Below, one piece after another: positions 48,089-58,800 of a stretch of DNA of 64,000 bases. A program made the position numbers and the translations under genes. Position 1 is the stretch's first letter. Each line of letters begins with the position of its first letter. Origin of the DNA: an uncultured Chloroflexia bacterium. GTDB taxonomy: Bacteria; Chloroflexota; Limnocylindria; Limnocylindrales; CSP1-4. Where the stretch lies: NCBI GenBank assembly GCA_963744115.1, contig CAVUSI010000002.1:79575-143574 (forward strand), written 5' to 3'. Below the pieces are notes generated by a model. The model had not been told where the DNA came from. It worked only from the letters and a program-made list of their open reading frames with translations, and made no database searches.

Positions 48089-49639
48089 TCATGGTCTGAG
48101 GCCGACCCGGTCGGCTGCCCGGTCGACGCGGCGAACAGCGGGCGCAGCGCCTCGAACAGGTCCCGATAGGTGCGATACGCCGCCTCGTATGCCTCGCGCG
48201 TCGTCGGGTCCGGCTCGATATCGATCCTGGACGGCGACCATCGCCCGCCCGGCCTCGTCGAGATCGCGGAAGACCCCGGCTGCGACCCCGGCCAGCATCG
48301 CGTCGCCCCGGACCGCGGCGTCCTCGCCGTGGAGGGTGATCACGTCCATCTCGCAGACGTCGGCCTTGACCTGGTTCCAGAGCGGGCTCCGTGCCCCTCC
48401 ACCGTGGGAGTGGATCTCGGTCGCGGGTGCTCCCGCCGAGGCCAGCAGTTCGATGTTGCGCCTCAGCATGAACGCGACGGCTTCGAGGATGGCGCGCACG
48501 AAGTGGCCCTGGCCGTGACCGAGTCCGAACCCATAGAACACACCCCGGGCCGCCGGATCGTACTCGGGGCTGAAGGCCCCGGCGAGGTGGGGCAGCATCA
48601 CCAGCCCTTCGGATCCGGCCGGCACCGCCGCCGCACGCTCCGTCAGCAGGTCGTAGGCGTCGCGACCCTCGCGCTGGGCGCGTTCGATCTCATCGCGGCC
48701 GAGGGTGTCGCGGAACCAGGTCAGGGCCATCCCGCCGGTCGGGCAGACCGGGCAGTAGAGGTAGCGACCCGGCGCCGAGTGGATGTAGACCGGCGTCTGG
48801 CGGCTCGGGTCCCCGCCATGGCTCTGCACCGTCGCCTGGAGCGTCAACGCCCCGCCCGTGCTCTCGGAGACGATGCCCGGTGCGAGATTGCCGACACCGA
48901 CCGAGCCGGCGCCCTGGTCCATCCCGGCGGCGACCACGAGCGTGCCTTCGGCCAGGCCGAGCGCCTCAGCGGCGGTGGCGGTCAGCCGGCCGGCCACGTC
49001 GCCGGGCCCCATCGGCTCGGCCAGCCGACGCTCGTCGATGCCAACAGCCTCGAGCATCTCGGGCCACCAGCGTCGCTCGACGATGTCGAACAGCATCGAG
49101 GTGGACTGGATCCCCGCGTCGGTCACGAATCGGCCGGTCAGGCGATGCAGGATGAAGTCCTCGACGAGCAGGAACCGGTCCGTGCGCGCGAACAGGTCGG
49201 GATCGTTCGCTCGCCACCACAGCAGCTTGCAAGCCGGCCAGGTCGGGACGACCGACGGGATGCCGGTGACGTCGTAGATGCGATCCGCTCCGAAGCGGGC
49301 CTCAAGGGTGCCGGCCTCGACCGCGGCGCGATTGTCGAGCCAGACGATGGCGGGACCGATCGCTCGACCGTCGGGATCGACCGGGATGACGGTCTCGCCC
49401 TGGCTCGACACGGCGACTGCTTCGATCGAGCCTGGCTCGACCGCTGCTGCGGCGACGACCCGCCGAACGGCGGCGCACGTCCCTGCCCAGTAGCGCTCCG
49501 GATCGAGCTCGGTCCGATCGGGAGCCGGGGTTCCGAGTCGGTACTCCTCACCCGCGACCGCAAGGAGCCGCCCGTCATCGGCGTACAGGCCGGCCTTGAC
49601 CGCGGTGGTGCCGATATCGAGCCCAAGGAGCGTGGCCAT
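48089..49639 (-). CDS. FGGY-family carbohydrate kinase (xylulokinase-like), with a probable frameshift about 45 codons before the 3' end
   Basis: 516 aa. MATLLGLDIGTTAVKAGLY and FGGY C-domain motifs. After ...GRAMVAVQ the alternative frame reads IDIEPDPTTREAYEAAYRTYRDLFEALRPLF (the canonical FGGY C-terminus) and stops at 48070. The called frame gives the atypical RYRAGPDDARGIRGG... Confidence 0.7.
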   Translation of the reverse strand: MATLLGLDIGTTAVKAGLYADDGRLLAVAGEEYRLGTPAPDRTELDPERYWAGTCAAVRRVVAAAAVEPGSIEAVAVSSQGETVIPVDPDGRAIGPAIVWLDNRAAVEAGTLEARFGADRIYDVTGIPSVVPTWPACKLLWWRANDPDLFARTDRFLLVEDFILHRLTGRFVTDAGIQSTSMLFDIVERRWWPEMLEAVGIDERRLAEPMGPGDVAGRLTATAAEALGLAEGTLVVAAGMDQGAGSVGVGNLAPGIVSESTGGALTLQATVQSHGGDPSRQTPVYIHSAPGRYLYCPVCPTGGMALTWFRDTLGRDEIERAQREGRDAYDLLTERAAAVPAGSEGLVMLPHLAGAFSPEYDPAARGVFYGFGLGHGQGHFVRAILEAVAFMLRRNIELLASAGAPATEIHSHGGGARSPLWNQVKADVCEMDVITLHGEDAAVRGDAMLAGVAAGVFRDLDEAGRAMVAVQDRYRAGPDDARGIRGGVSHLSGPVRGAAPAVRRVDRAADRVGLRP

Positions 49640-49653
49640 GCTCTGTCCGAGCC

Positions 49654-50472
49654 CTAGCCGATCCCGTACCTCTTGGCCGCCTCGACGGGGTCCACTCCCG
49701 CCTTGACGACATCGCGCAGGGCCTGCATGAACGCCTCGCTGTCATGCGCCTGGACCAGGTTGCGGCCGAAGACGACCCCGCGCGCTCCCGATCGCACCGC
49801 ACTGGCCGCGAGTGCGAGCGCGTCGCGCTCATGCGGCAGCTTCTTGGCGCCGAGGGCCAGGATCGGCACCGGCGTCGACCTGACGATCTCGCCGAACCGA
49901 TCGCCCGTGTAGAACGTCTTGACCAGGTCCACCCCGAGCTCGGCCACGATCCGACAGCCGATCGAGATGACCTCGTGTCGCTCCTCCGGTGAGATGTCCT
50001 CGTGACCGGCCGGGTAGACCTCGCCGACGATCGGCACGCCCGCCTCGCGCTTCTCTGCGACACACCGGGCGACCATCGCCACGTTCTCGGCGTCGACGGC
50101 CTCGGAACCCGTCTTGATCGACATCCCGACCAGGACGATGTCGGCGCCCAAGGCGGCCGCCTGCGCGGCGCTGACCATCGGGACGCTGCGACTCTCGTGG
50201 TAGCCCCATTGCGTGGCGTACTGCGTGCCCCAGTTGAGACGGACCATCATCGCCGGCGCCCCGCGCCGCTTGAAGACGGATGCCACGTGACCGGCCGTAC
50301 CGGGACTGATGAGGATCGCGTCCGCTCCGCTCAGGCGGTCGACGATCTTCGACAGCTCTTCGAACCCGGGTCGGGGCCCGTTGTACAGGCCGTGATCGAT
50401 CGCCGCGACGACGGCGTTCGCGCCGTCGTCGAACAACCGCGCCAGACGGATCTGCTCGCCGGTCGACACCAT
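49654..50472 (-). CDS. class I aldolase, DhnA/LsrF family
   Basis: Start taken at Met 50472. AIDHG...LISPG...VGMSIKTGS...DLVKTFYTG pattern with the Schiff-base Lys context of DhnA/LsrF-type aldolases. About 272 aa. Confidence 0.65.
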   Translation of the reverse strand: MVSTGEQIRLARLFDDGANAVVAAIDHGLYNGPRPGFEELSKIVDRLSGADAILISPGTAGHVASVFKRRGAPAMMVRLNWGTQYATQWGYHESRSVPMVSAAQAAALGADIVLVGMSIKTGSEAVDAENVAMVARCVAEKREAGVPIVGEVYPAGHEDISPEERHEVISIGCRIVAELGVDLVKTFYTGDRFGEIVRSTPVPILALGAKKLPHERDALALAASAVRSGARGVVFGRNLVQAHDSEAFMQALRDVVKAGVDPVEAAKRYGIG

Positions 50473-50720
50473 CGCCTCCGCTCGGGACCGTACCGGGCAC
50501 CGGCCATCGAGGTGTCCGGTTCCCTGTCGGAATATGTGTGGAATGACGCACACAATGCTATCGATGACGTTGCGGATGTCAAGGCGAACCGAACATCGAT
50601 GTTGCGATTTGTGTTCGTTCGGGCGTACCATGCGGTCCGGACCTTTGGAGGAGGCCGGTCGAGGCCGTGGCCGCTCGATGAGCCAGCCGCGGCGCCATCG
50701 GACGAAAGGAGTCGTGGGCT

Positions 50721-52083
50721 TTGGATCGGAAACCCTTCCTGCTCGTCACGGCCGTGATGGTCGCGACGATCTTCGTGCAGGCCTGTTCGTCGGCCGGGAC
50801 GACCAGCGCGCCGTCGGTCGCGCCGACCACCGCGCCGACAACCGCCGCCTCGCAGGCCGCCGCGGCGTCAGCGACGGCTGCGGCCGCCCCGGTCAAGCTG
50901 ACCCTGTGGCACAACTACGGCGTCGAAGCGAACGCCAAGGTGACCAAGGCGCTGACCGACGCCTACACGGCCAAGAACCCGAACGTCACGTTCGAGCTGG
51001 TCGCCCAGCCGGCCGACAACTACTTCGCGCTGCTCAAGACGGCGGCGATCTCGAAGACCGGGCCGGACCTGATGACGATGTGGACCGGCCTGTTCGCCCT
51101 TCAGAACCAGGAATACCTCGAGCCCCTCAACCAGTACATCCCGATGGACACGCTGAACAAGTTCGATGGGATCAACTGGTGCTCGAAGGATCTCAAGGTC
51201 GAGACCGGCGCCATCTGCGTTCCGCTCGATCTGCAGTACTACAACGGCTTCTACAACAAGGAGCTCTTCACCAAGGCCGGTGTCACGTCGTTCCCGACGA
51301 CCTGGGACGAGCTCTACGCCGCCTGCGACAAGCTGAAGGCGATCGGCGTCACGCCGATGACGTATGGCACGGGCTTGCAGGCGCTCAACGTCGGGCTTCT
51401 ACCCGTATTACGACCTGAGCTACATGATGATGATGTACTCGGTCGACGACTGGAAGAAGCTCTACAACGGTCAGATCCCCTGGACCGACCCCAAGATCGT
51501 CGACGCGCTGACGAAGTGGGCCGCCCTCAAGACCAAGGGCTGCACCAACGACGACGTGCTCGCCAACACCGAATCGGTCTCGCAGTTCGAGACCGGCAAG
51601 GCCGCCATGACCCTCGAGGGCTCGTGGGGCTTCAGCGAGTTCCAGGACAAGCTGGGTGACAAGGTCGGGGTCTTCGTCCCGCCGTTCAACGACACCCAGG
51701 CCAAGGGTGTCGTCGAGTTCCCCGGCGACGGCTTCGGCGTCACCAGCTACTCCCAGCACAAGCAGGACGCTGCGAGCTTCCTGGCCTGGATGGCCAGCCC
51801 CGAGGCCCAGAAGATCATCGCCGACGGCGGCCTGATCCCGACGGTCGCCGGGACGTCGCCAAGCAACCCGCTGGCGCTGGCGATGCTCGACTTCGCCGGC
51901 ACGCAGGGCTTCACCCGCTACCCGATGATCGACAACGTGATGCAGCCGGAGGTGACCGACGTGGCCACCAAGCTGCTCGATGCCGTGCTCGCCGGGACGA
52001 CCACCCCCGCCGAGGCGGCCCAGAAGATGCAGGACACGCTGACGGCGCTGCCGGCCGACAGGCGCGGCGACACCTACAAGTAG
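50721..52083 (+). pseudogene. carbohydrate ABC transporter substrate-binding lipoprotein, single +1 frameshift near 51385-51400
   Basis: N-terminal part (50721..51659 frame) has signal peptide plus lipobox and an SBP family-1 fold. After ...TYGTGLQALNV the sequence continues in the +1 frame (51364..52083 ORF: GFYPYYDLSYMMMMYSVDDW...). Together they make one protein of about 450 aa. Confidence 0.7.
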
Positions 52084-52155
52084 GCCGAGGCCAACGGTGG
52101 ACCGGGGTAGTCGTCCGCGGCGACCCCGGTCCGCTCAACCCACCCTGACCCACCC

Positions 52156-53091
52156 ATGACCGCACCCGCGGCCCGACCCACGACGGCCCCGGCCCTGGCG
52201 CCGCGGCCGCTCGGAGGCAGGCTCAAGCGCTCGCAGCGCCGGGCGGGCCTGCTGTTCATCCTCCCGCTCGTCGTGCTCGAGCTGCTCCTGCTCGTGCTGC
52301 CCATCGTCCAGACGGTCTACTACAGCTTCACCCGACTGGAACGGCCTGACATCGACGTGGATCGGTCTCCAGAACTACGAGCGGCTCTTCACCGACACCA
52401 CGTTCTGGCGCGTGGTCCTCAACAACGTCCTGTTGCTCCTGTCGATCCCGGTGGCGATCCTCATCCCGCTTGCGTGTCGCCTTCCTGCTCAACGAGCACG
52501 GTCCGGGGCTGGCGGTTCTTCCGATCGGCGTACTTCCTGCCGACGGCGATCTCGTGGGTCGTCATCGGGATGGTCGCGATCCGGGTGTTCGCCTCGCGGG
52601 GCATCCTCAACGGCCTGTTCGACGTGGTCGGGTTGCCGATCCACCTCAACATGCTGGGCGCCGAGTTGACGGCGATGCTGTCGGTCATCATCACCTTCAT
52701 CTGGTCGGTCTTCGGGACGAACACGATCATCTTCATCACCGGGATGGCGACGCTCGACCGGGAGATCTACGACGCGGCCCGCGTCGATGGCGCCGGCGCG
52801 TTCGCGACGTTCCGCGAGATCACCATCCCGATGCTCATGCGGTTCATCCAGTTCGCGTTCATCGCTGACCCTGATCACCGCGTTCACCGCGCTGTTCAGC
52901 CTCATCTTCGTGATGACCGGCGGGGGTCCCGGGCTACGGGACGACGACCCTCGAGTTCTACGTCTACCAGCAGGCGCTTCCAGGTCGGCGTGTTCGGCTA
53001 CGCGGCCGCGATCGGGGTCGTCCTGTTCGGGCATCGTCTTCGCGATCAGCCTCGGGCAGACTGCGGCGTCTTCCGCAGCCGGCTCGACTAG
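52156..53091 (+). pseudogene. carbohydrate ABC transporter permease (MalF/UgpA-like), about eight +1 frameshifts
   Basis: Protein is recoverable only by hopping frames A-B-C-A-B-C-A-B (for example YYSFT then DWNGLTSTWIGLQNYERLF, ILIPLA then VAFLLNEH, then VRGWRFFRSAYFLPTAI...). EAA-loop region IYDAARVDGAGAFATFREITIPML is present. Confidence 0.65.
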
Positions 53092-53099
53092 GAGAGCTG

Positions 53100-53923
53100 A
53101 TGGACCGATCGCGACGACGCATCTCCCGCGCGGCGATCTTCGCGATCCTGTGCGTCGTCGGCGTGGTCATGCTGTTCCCGTTCGTACTTCATGCTCATCA
53201 CCGCCGTTCCGGTCGACCGACCAGTACATCTCCGGGGAGGGCTTCTCGCTCGACAGCTGGAAGGTCCTGTTCGACAGCATCCCGGTCGTCCAGCAGCTGG
53301 TGAACTCGACCGTCGTCACCGTCGGCGGCCGTGCTCCTCATCCTTGCGGTCAGCACGATCGGCCGGCTACGCCTTCGCCAAGCTCGGGTTCCGGGGCTCT
53401 GCCTGGGTCTTCCTCGCCGTGCTCGCCGGGATGATCGATCCCGATGCAGTCGATCATCATCCCGGAGTTCGTGAACATCAGCCAGGTCGGGCTGATCAAC
53501 CAGTACCTCGGCGCGATCCTCGTCTACGCGGCCCTCGGCGTCCCGTTCGCGACGTTCCTGATGACCGACTTATTACCGGGGCATCCCGAACGAGCTGGTC
53601 GAAGCGTCGCTCATGGACGGCGCATCGTTCTGGCAGGTCTTCCTCCGGATCATGCTGCCGATGGGCGTCCCAGCGACTGGTGACGGTCGGCGTCCTCCAG
53701 GTCATCCAGATCTGGGACGACCTGCTCATCGGGCTGCTCTTCCTCAACCGGCCCGACGTCAGGACGATCACGGTCGGCTTGGCGACCCTCCAGTCGTCGC
53801 GGATGGTCGACGTCCCCGCGCTGATGGCCGGCTCGATCATCAGCGCCCTCCCCGCCATCGTGGTCTTCCTCATCTTCCAGCGGAACCTGGTCGCCGGGCC
53901 TGACGATGGGGGTGAACAAGTGA
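53100..53923 (+). pseudogene. carbohydrate ABC transporter permease (MalG/UgpE-like), about five +1 frameshifts
   Basis: Fragments in successive frames: MDRSRRRISRAAIFAILCVVGVVMLFPF, YFMLITAVPVDRP, then IIIPEFVNISQVGLINQYLGAILVYAALGVPFATFLMT, then SLMDGASFWQVFLRIMLPM, then DDLLIGLLFLNRPDVRTITVGLATLQSS...VVFLIFQRNLVAG. Expected C-terminus ...AGLTMGVNK-stop is restored by removing one C at about 53899. Confidence 0.65.
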
Positions 53924-54726
53924 CGGTCAGCTCGGCTGAGGGACCGACCGGGTTCAACGCCCGCGCCAGACGCGACGAGATCGCCAGGCTCGTCGAGGAG
54001 GATGAGCGAGTCTCCGTCGGCGAGCTGACCGACCGCTTCCACGTCACCGACGCGTCGATCCGCCGGGACCTGGTGATCCTCGAGGAGGCCGGACGGCTGC
54101 GCCGGATCCACGGCGGCGCCGTCGCTCGCCTGGATCCGTGGGCCCGTGGCGTCTACTCCACCAAGCAGCGAGAGCATCGCGAGCAGAAGGCACGGATCGG
54201 GGTCGCCGGCGCCGCGCTCATCAGCGCCGGAGACGTGATCTTCTTCGACTCGGGAACGACCGTCGTGCAGGTCGCGGCCCACGTCCCGGCCGCGCTCCGG
54301 CGGGCCAGCGCCGTCACCGTCGCGACCCACTCGCTCCCGGTCATCGACGAGGTCGGCGACTGGGAGTCGCCCCACCTGATCTGCCTCGGCGGGCTGTACC
54401 TGCCGGATTACCGCGCGCTGGTCGGGCCACAGACCGTCGCCGGACTGCGCGACCTCTCGGCGGACATCGTCTTCCTCGGCTGCGACGGCCTGTCGGTCGA
54501 AGCCGGTCTGACGACCCCGCACATGCTGGTCGCTGAGGTCGGCGCGGCGATGGCCTCACGCAGCCGGCGCGTGGTGGCCGTCGCGGACTCGACCAAGCTC
54601 GGCCGCCAGGGCTTCACGCCGATCGTGGCCCTGCCCGCGGTCCAGGTGCTCATCACGGACGACGCCGCCGATCCGGCCGAGGTCGAGCGTGTGCGTCGAC
54701 TCGGCATCGAGGTGGTCCTGGCGTGA
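53920..54726 (+). CDS. DeoR-family transcriptional regulator
   Basis: GTG at 53920 overlapping the restored permease stop (GTGA). HTH VSVGELTDRFHVTDASIRRDL. DeoR C-terminal sugar-phosphate-binding domain (FFDSGTTV, FLGCDG, VVAVADSTKLG). 268 aa, intact. Confidence 0.7.
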   Translation: MTVSSAEGPTGFNARARRDEIARLVEEDERVSVGELTDRFHVTDASIRRDLVILEEAGRLRRIHGGAVARLDPWARGVYSTKQREHREQKARIGVAGAALISAGDVIFFDSGTTVVQVAAHVPAALRRASAVTVATHSLPVIDEVGDWESPHLICLGGLYLPDYRALVGPQTVAGLRDLSADIVFLGCDGLSVEAGLTTPHMLVAEVGAAMASRSRRVVAVADSTKLGRQGFTPIVALPAVQVLITDDAADPAEVERVRRLGIEVVLA

Positions 54727-54769
54727 TCCTCGGTCGACCCGCGTCGATGACGTCCCGGCCCGGCGCCGG

Positions 54770-55771
54770 ATGACGGCCCGGGTCATCGTCGGACGGGTCG
54801 TCGCCTTCGAGGCGATCAGCCTCGAGAACGACGCCGTGCGGGTCACGGTCGTCCCCGAACTGGGGGCGCACGTCACCGAGCTGGTCGACCGAGCTGCCGA
54901 GCGCGACCTGCTCTGGCACAACCCGCGGACGACGCTGCGACGGGCCCCCTACGGCGCCCATTTCGACGACTGGTGGTCGGGCGGCTGGGACGAGATCTTC
55001 CCGACCGGCGACCAGGCGACGCTCAACGGGGAGCAGCTGCCATACATGGGCGAGATGTGGTCGGTCCCCTGGACGGCGGAGGTGGCGACGGACGGCGAGG
55101 TCGCGTCCGTCACGACGGTCGGTCACGCGACGATCGCGCCGGCTCGGATGGAACGACGCCTGTGGATCCGGGCCGACGAGCCGGTGATCCACGCCTCGTA
55201 CCGGATCACCGATCTCGACGTTCGACCGCTGCCCTTCCTGTGGGGGATCCACCCGGTCTTCGCCGTGACACCCGACCATCGGATCGATCATCCGGCCCGG
55301 ACGATGCTCGTCGGGGTGACGTCGGGTCCGTCGATGGGGACGGTGGGGGAGACGTACCCATGGCCCACCCTCCCCGACTCCTCGACGCAGTCCGGGGCGC
55401 GCGACGTCCGCCGCGTCCGCCCTCGGGAGGATGCCGTGTTCGGCGGCCATTGGGCGACCGATCTGGCGGACGGCTGGCTGGCCCTGACCGACACGGTCGC
55501 CCGGCGCGGTGTCGCGATCGTCTTCCCGGTCGAGGTCTTCCCGCATGCCTGGCTGTGGCAGGTCTACGGCGGGTGGCGCGGGCATCATCACCTGGCCCTG
55601 GAGCCGTGGACCGGGTACCCGATGCAGCTCGAGGAGGCTGCCGCCGCCGGCCGGGCACGGCTGCTCGAGCCCGGCCAGACGCTCGAGGCCGAGGTCGCAT
55701 TCGTGCTCCACTCCGGACTCGATGCCGTCCGCTCGGTCTCCGTCAAAGGGAACGGTTTCGAGGTCCGGTAG
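54770..55771 (+). CDS. aldose 1-epimerase (mutarotase)-like family protein
   Basis: 333 aa, beta-sandwich pattern (LWHNP...GGWDEIFP...GIHPVFAV...HHLALEPWTGYP) reminiscent of galactose-mutarotase-like proteins. Assignment tentative. Confidence 0.45.
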   Translation: MTARVIVGRVVAFEAISLENDAVRVTVVPELGAHVTELVDRAAERDLLWHNPRTTLRRAPYGAHFDDWWSGGWDEIFPTGDQATLNGEQLPYMGEMWSVPWTAEVATDGEVASVTTVGHATIAPARMERRLWIRADEPVIHASYRITDLDVRPLPFLWGIHPVFAVTPDHRIDHPARTMLVGVTSGPSMGTVGETYPWPTLPDSSTQSGARDVRRVRPREDAVFGGHWATDLADGWLALTDTVARRGVAIVFPVEVFPHAWLWQVYGGWRGHHHLALEPWTGYPMQLEEAAAAGRARLLEPGQTLEAEVAFVLHSGLDAVRSVSVKGNGFEVR

Positions 55772-55862
55772 CCGCCGTGTGGCAGCCTCCGTCGCCGCCG
55801 GCAGCCCGTCGCCCCGGTGCGCTAGGCTTCGCTATCTCCGATCGGGTGAATGAGGGGCGCGC

Positions 55863-58800
55863 GTGACCTGTTCCAGCTGCGGCTCGGTCAACGAGCTCGG
55901 TCGCAAGTTCTGCGCGGACTGCGGCGCTGCCCTGGTCCGTGCCTGCCCGACCTGCGGCTCGTCCAACAGCCCCAGCGCCCGGTTCTGCGGCGAGTGTGGG
56001 ACGGCGCTCGGGGTGGGACCCGGCGCAGCCGCAGCGACGGCATCCATCGCGTCGGAGCGGTCCGGTCCGTTCGCTTCGGCCGACCGCGACCGGCCGCCAG
56101 GTCCGCCTCACGCCGGCGACCACGCCCCGGGGCATGTCGCCGAGCGTCGACAGGTGTCGATCTGTTCGCCGACCTCGTCGGGTTCACCGGACTCGCGGAG
56201 GACCGCGATCCGGAGGCGGTCCGCGAACTGCTGACCCGGTACTTCGACCTGGCCCGCGAGGTGATCGGGCGGTACGGCGGGACGGTCGAGAAGTTCATCG
56301 GCGACGCGGTCATGGCGGTCTGGGGCGCTCCCATCGCCCGCGAGGACGATCCGGAGCGCGCGGTGCGGGCCGGCCTCGAGCTCGTCGATGCGGTTCGCTC
56401 GCTGGGCCGGAACGAGGCCGGCGACCCGATCCGGGCGCGCGCGGGGATCATGACCGGCGAGGCGGCGGTAACCGTCGGGGCCGTGAACCAGGGCATGGTC
56501 GCGGGAGACCTCGTCAATACGGCTTCGCGCCTGCAATCTGTCGCGCCGCACGGCTCCGTCCTCGTCGGCGAGGCCACCTATCACGCGACGATGCAGGCGA
56601 TCGTCTACGAACCCGCGGGCGAGCAGCTGCTGAAGGGGAAGACCGCGCCGGTTCCAGCCTGGCGGGCCGGTCGGGTCGTGGCCAAGATGGGCGGGATCGG
56701 TCGATCCGAAGGGCTCGAGCCACCGTTCGTCGGGCGCGACGAGCAGCTCCGACTGCTGAAGGACTTCCTGCACCTCACCGGCCGCGAGCGGCGACTCCGC
56801 TTCGTGTCCGTGACCGGCCAGGCGGGGACCGGCAAGAGCCGCCTGGCCTGGGAGTTCCTCAAGTACATCGACGGACTCGTCGAGGACGTGTTCTGGCATC
56901 AGGGCCGGTCGCCCGCCTATGGCGAGGGGATCACGTTCTGGGCGCTCGGCGAGATGGTCCGCAAGCGGGCGGGCCTGGCCGAGAGCGACGATCCCGCCAC
57001 GAGCCGGCGGAAGATCGCCGACGCCCTCCTCGAGTACGTCCCCGACGAGGCCGAGCGGCGCTGGATCGAGCCCAAGCTCCTCGGCCTGCTCGGCCTCGAG
57101 GAGATCCGGGCCGTGGAGCGCGAGGAGCTGTTCGCCGCCTGGCGGACGTTCTTCGAGCGGGTCAGCGACGCGGCCACGACCGTTCTCGTCTTCGAGGATG
57201 TCCATTGGGCGGATGACGGCTTGATCGACTTCATCGACCACATGGCCGAGTGGTCCACAGGGCATCCCATCCTGCTCGTGACGCTGGCCCGACCGGAATT
57301 CCTCGAGCGTCATCACGAATGGGGTGCGGGGCGGCGCAACTTCGTGGCCCTGTCGCTCGACCCGCTCCCCGATGCCGCGATGGACGACCTCCTCTCCGGG
57401 CTCGTGCCAGGCCTGCCGACGGCGGCGACCCAGGCGATCCTGGGGCGGGCGGAGGGGATCCCCCTGTATGCGGTCGAGACGGTTCGCAAGCTCCTCCTCG
57501 ACGGACGACTCGAGCGGGTGGATGGCGTGTATCGCCCCGTCGGCGACCTGAGCCACGTCGAGGTCCCCGGGACGCTCCAGGCGCTGATCGCCGCCCGCCT
57601 GGACGCCTTGGAGCCGTCGGAGCGGGGGCTCCTGCAGGACGCGGCGATCCTCGGCCAGACCTTCACCGTTCCGTCGCTCGCAGCGGTGAGCGAGACCGAG
57701 CTCGGGGAGCTCGACGGCCTGCTGCGAGATCTCGTCCGCCGCGAGGTGCTGGGTCACAACCGCGACCCCCGGTCGCCGGAGCGAGGTCAGTACGGCTTCG
57801 TCCAGGCGCTCATCCGCGAGGTCGCCTACTCCACGCTCGCCCGGCGCGACCGTCGATCGCGTCACCTCGCCGCGGCCCGCTACTTCGAGTCGATCGGCGA
57901 CGATGAGCTGAGCGGCGTCCTGGCGACCCACTACCTCGACGCCTATCGGGCCTCGGATGAGGGTCCCGAGGCGGATGCGGTCGCCGCCCAGGCCCGCATC
58001 GCGCTGCGGGCAGCGGCCGAGCGCGCGGCCGCCCTTCACTCACCAGAACAGGCGTTGGCCTTCCTCGAGACGGCCCTCGAGGTCACCACGGAGCTGGCCG
58101 ATCGGGCGGCCCTCCTGGAGCTGAGCGGATCGTCCGCCCGGGCAGCCGGACGGTACGAGGTCGCCGAGGTCCACTTCAAGGCGGCGATCGAGACCCTCCG
58201 TGATTCAGGCGACCGACGCGGCGTGGCGCGGGTGACGTCGGCGCTGGGGCTGATGCTGTCCTTCCAGGGCCGGCCGTCGGATGCCGTGGGCCTGCTCGAA
58301 CCCGCGGTCGACGAGATGACGGACCTCGGCGACCAGCCCGAGGCGATCGGCCTGGTGGCGGCGCTCGCCCGGGCCTCGCTCTTCGCCGACGACTACCCGA
58401 GGGCGCTCGAGCTGGCCGACCGGGCGCTCGTCGCTGCCGAGCGGATCGACGACGTCGCCTTGATCACCGAGACGGTCCTCACCAAGGGAACCACCCTGCT
58501 CTACGCGGCCCGATATCGCGAAGGCCTGGTCCTCCTGACCGGCGGACTCGCGCTGGCCGAGACGCACGGGTTCGCGGCCTCCGAGCTTCGAGCGCGACTC
58601 AACATCAGCTATCTCGAGGGGCCGGACGAGCCGCGCCGCTCGTGGGCGACGGCACGGACGGGTCTGGAGCGGGCCCGCCGCCTCGGATTCCGCGACTGGA
58701 CGCTCCTCCTCGCCGGGAACGCGGTCGACGCCGCGGTCGATCTCGGCGAATGGGACTGGGCACTCGCCACGGCCGAGGAGATCCAGCCGGAGGGCGCGAC

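Noticed and set aside
54689-54770. Longer N-terminus for the mutarotase-like gene (track start 54689)
   Set aside because: The upstream 27 codons overlap the DeoR gene end and lack a Shine-Dalgarno. The internal Met at 54770 was preferred, though this is not certain.
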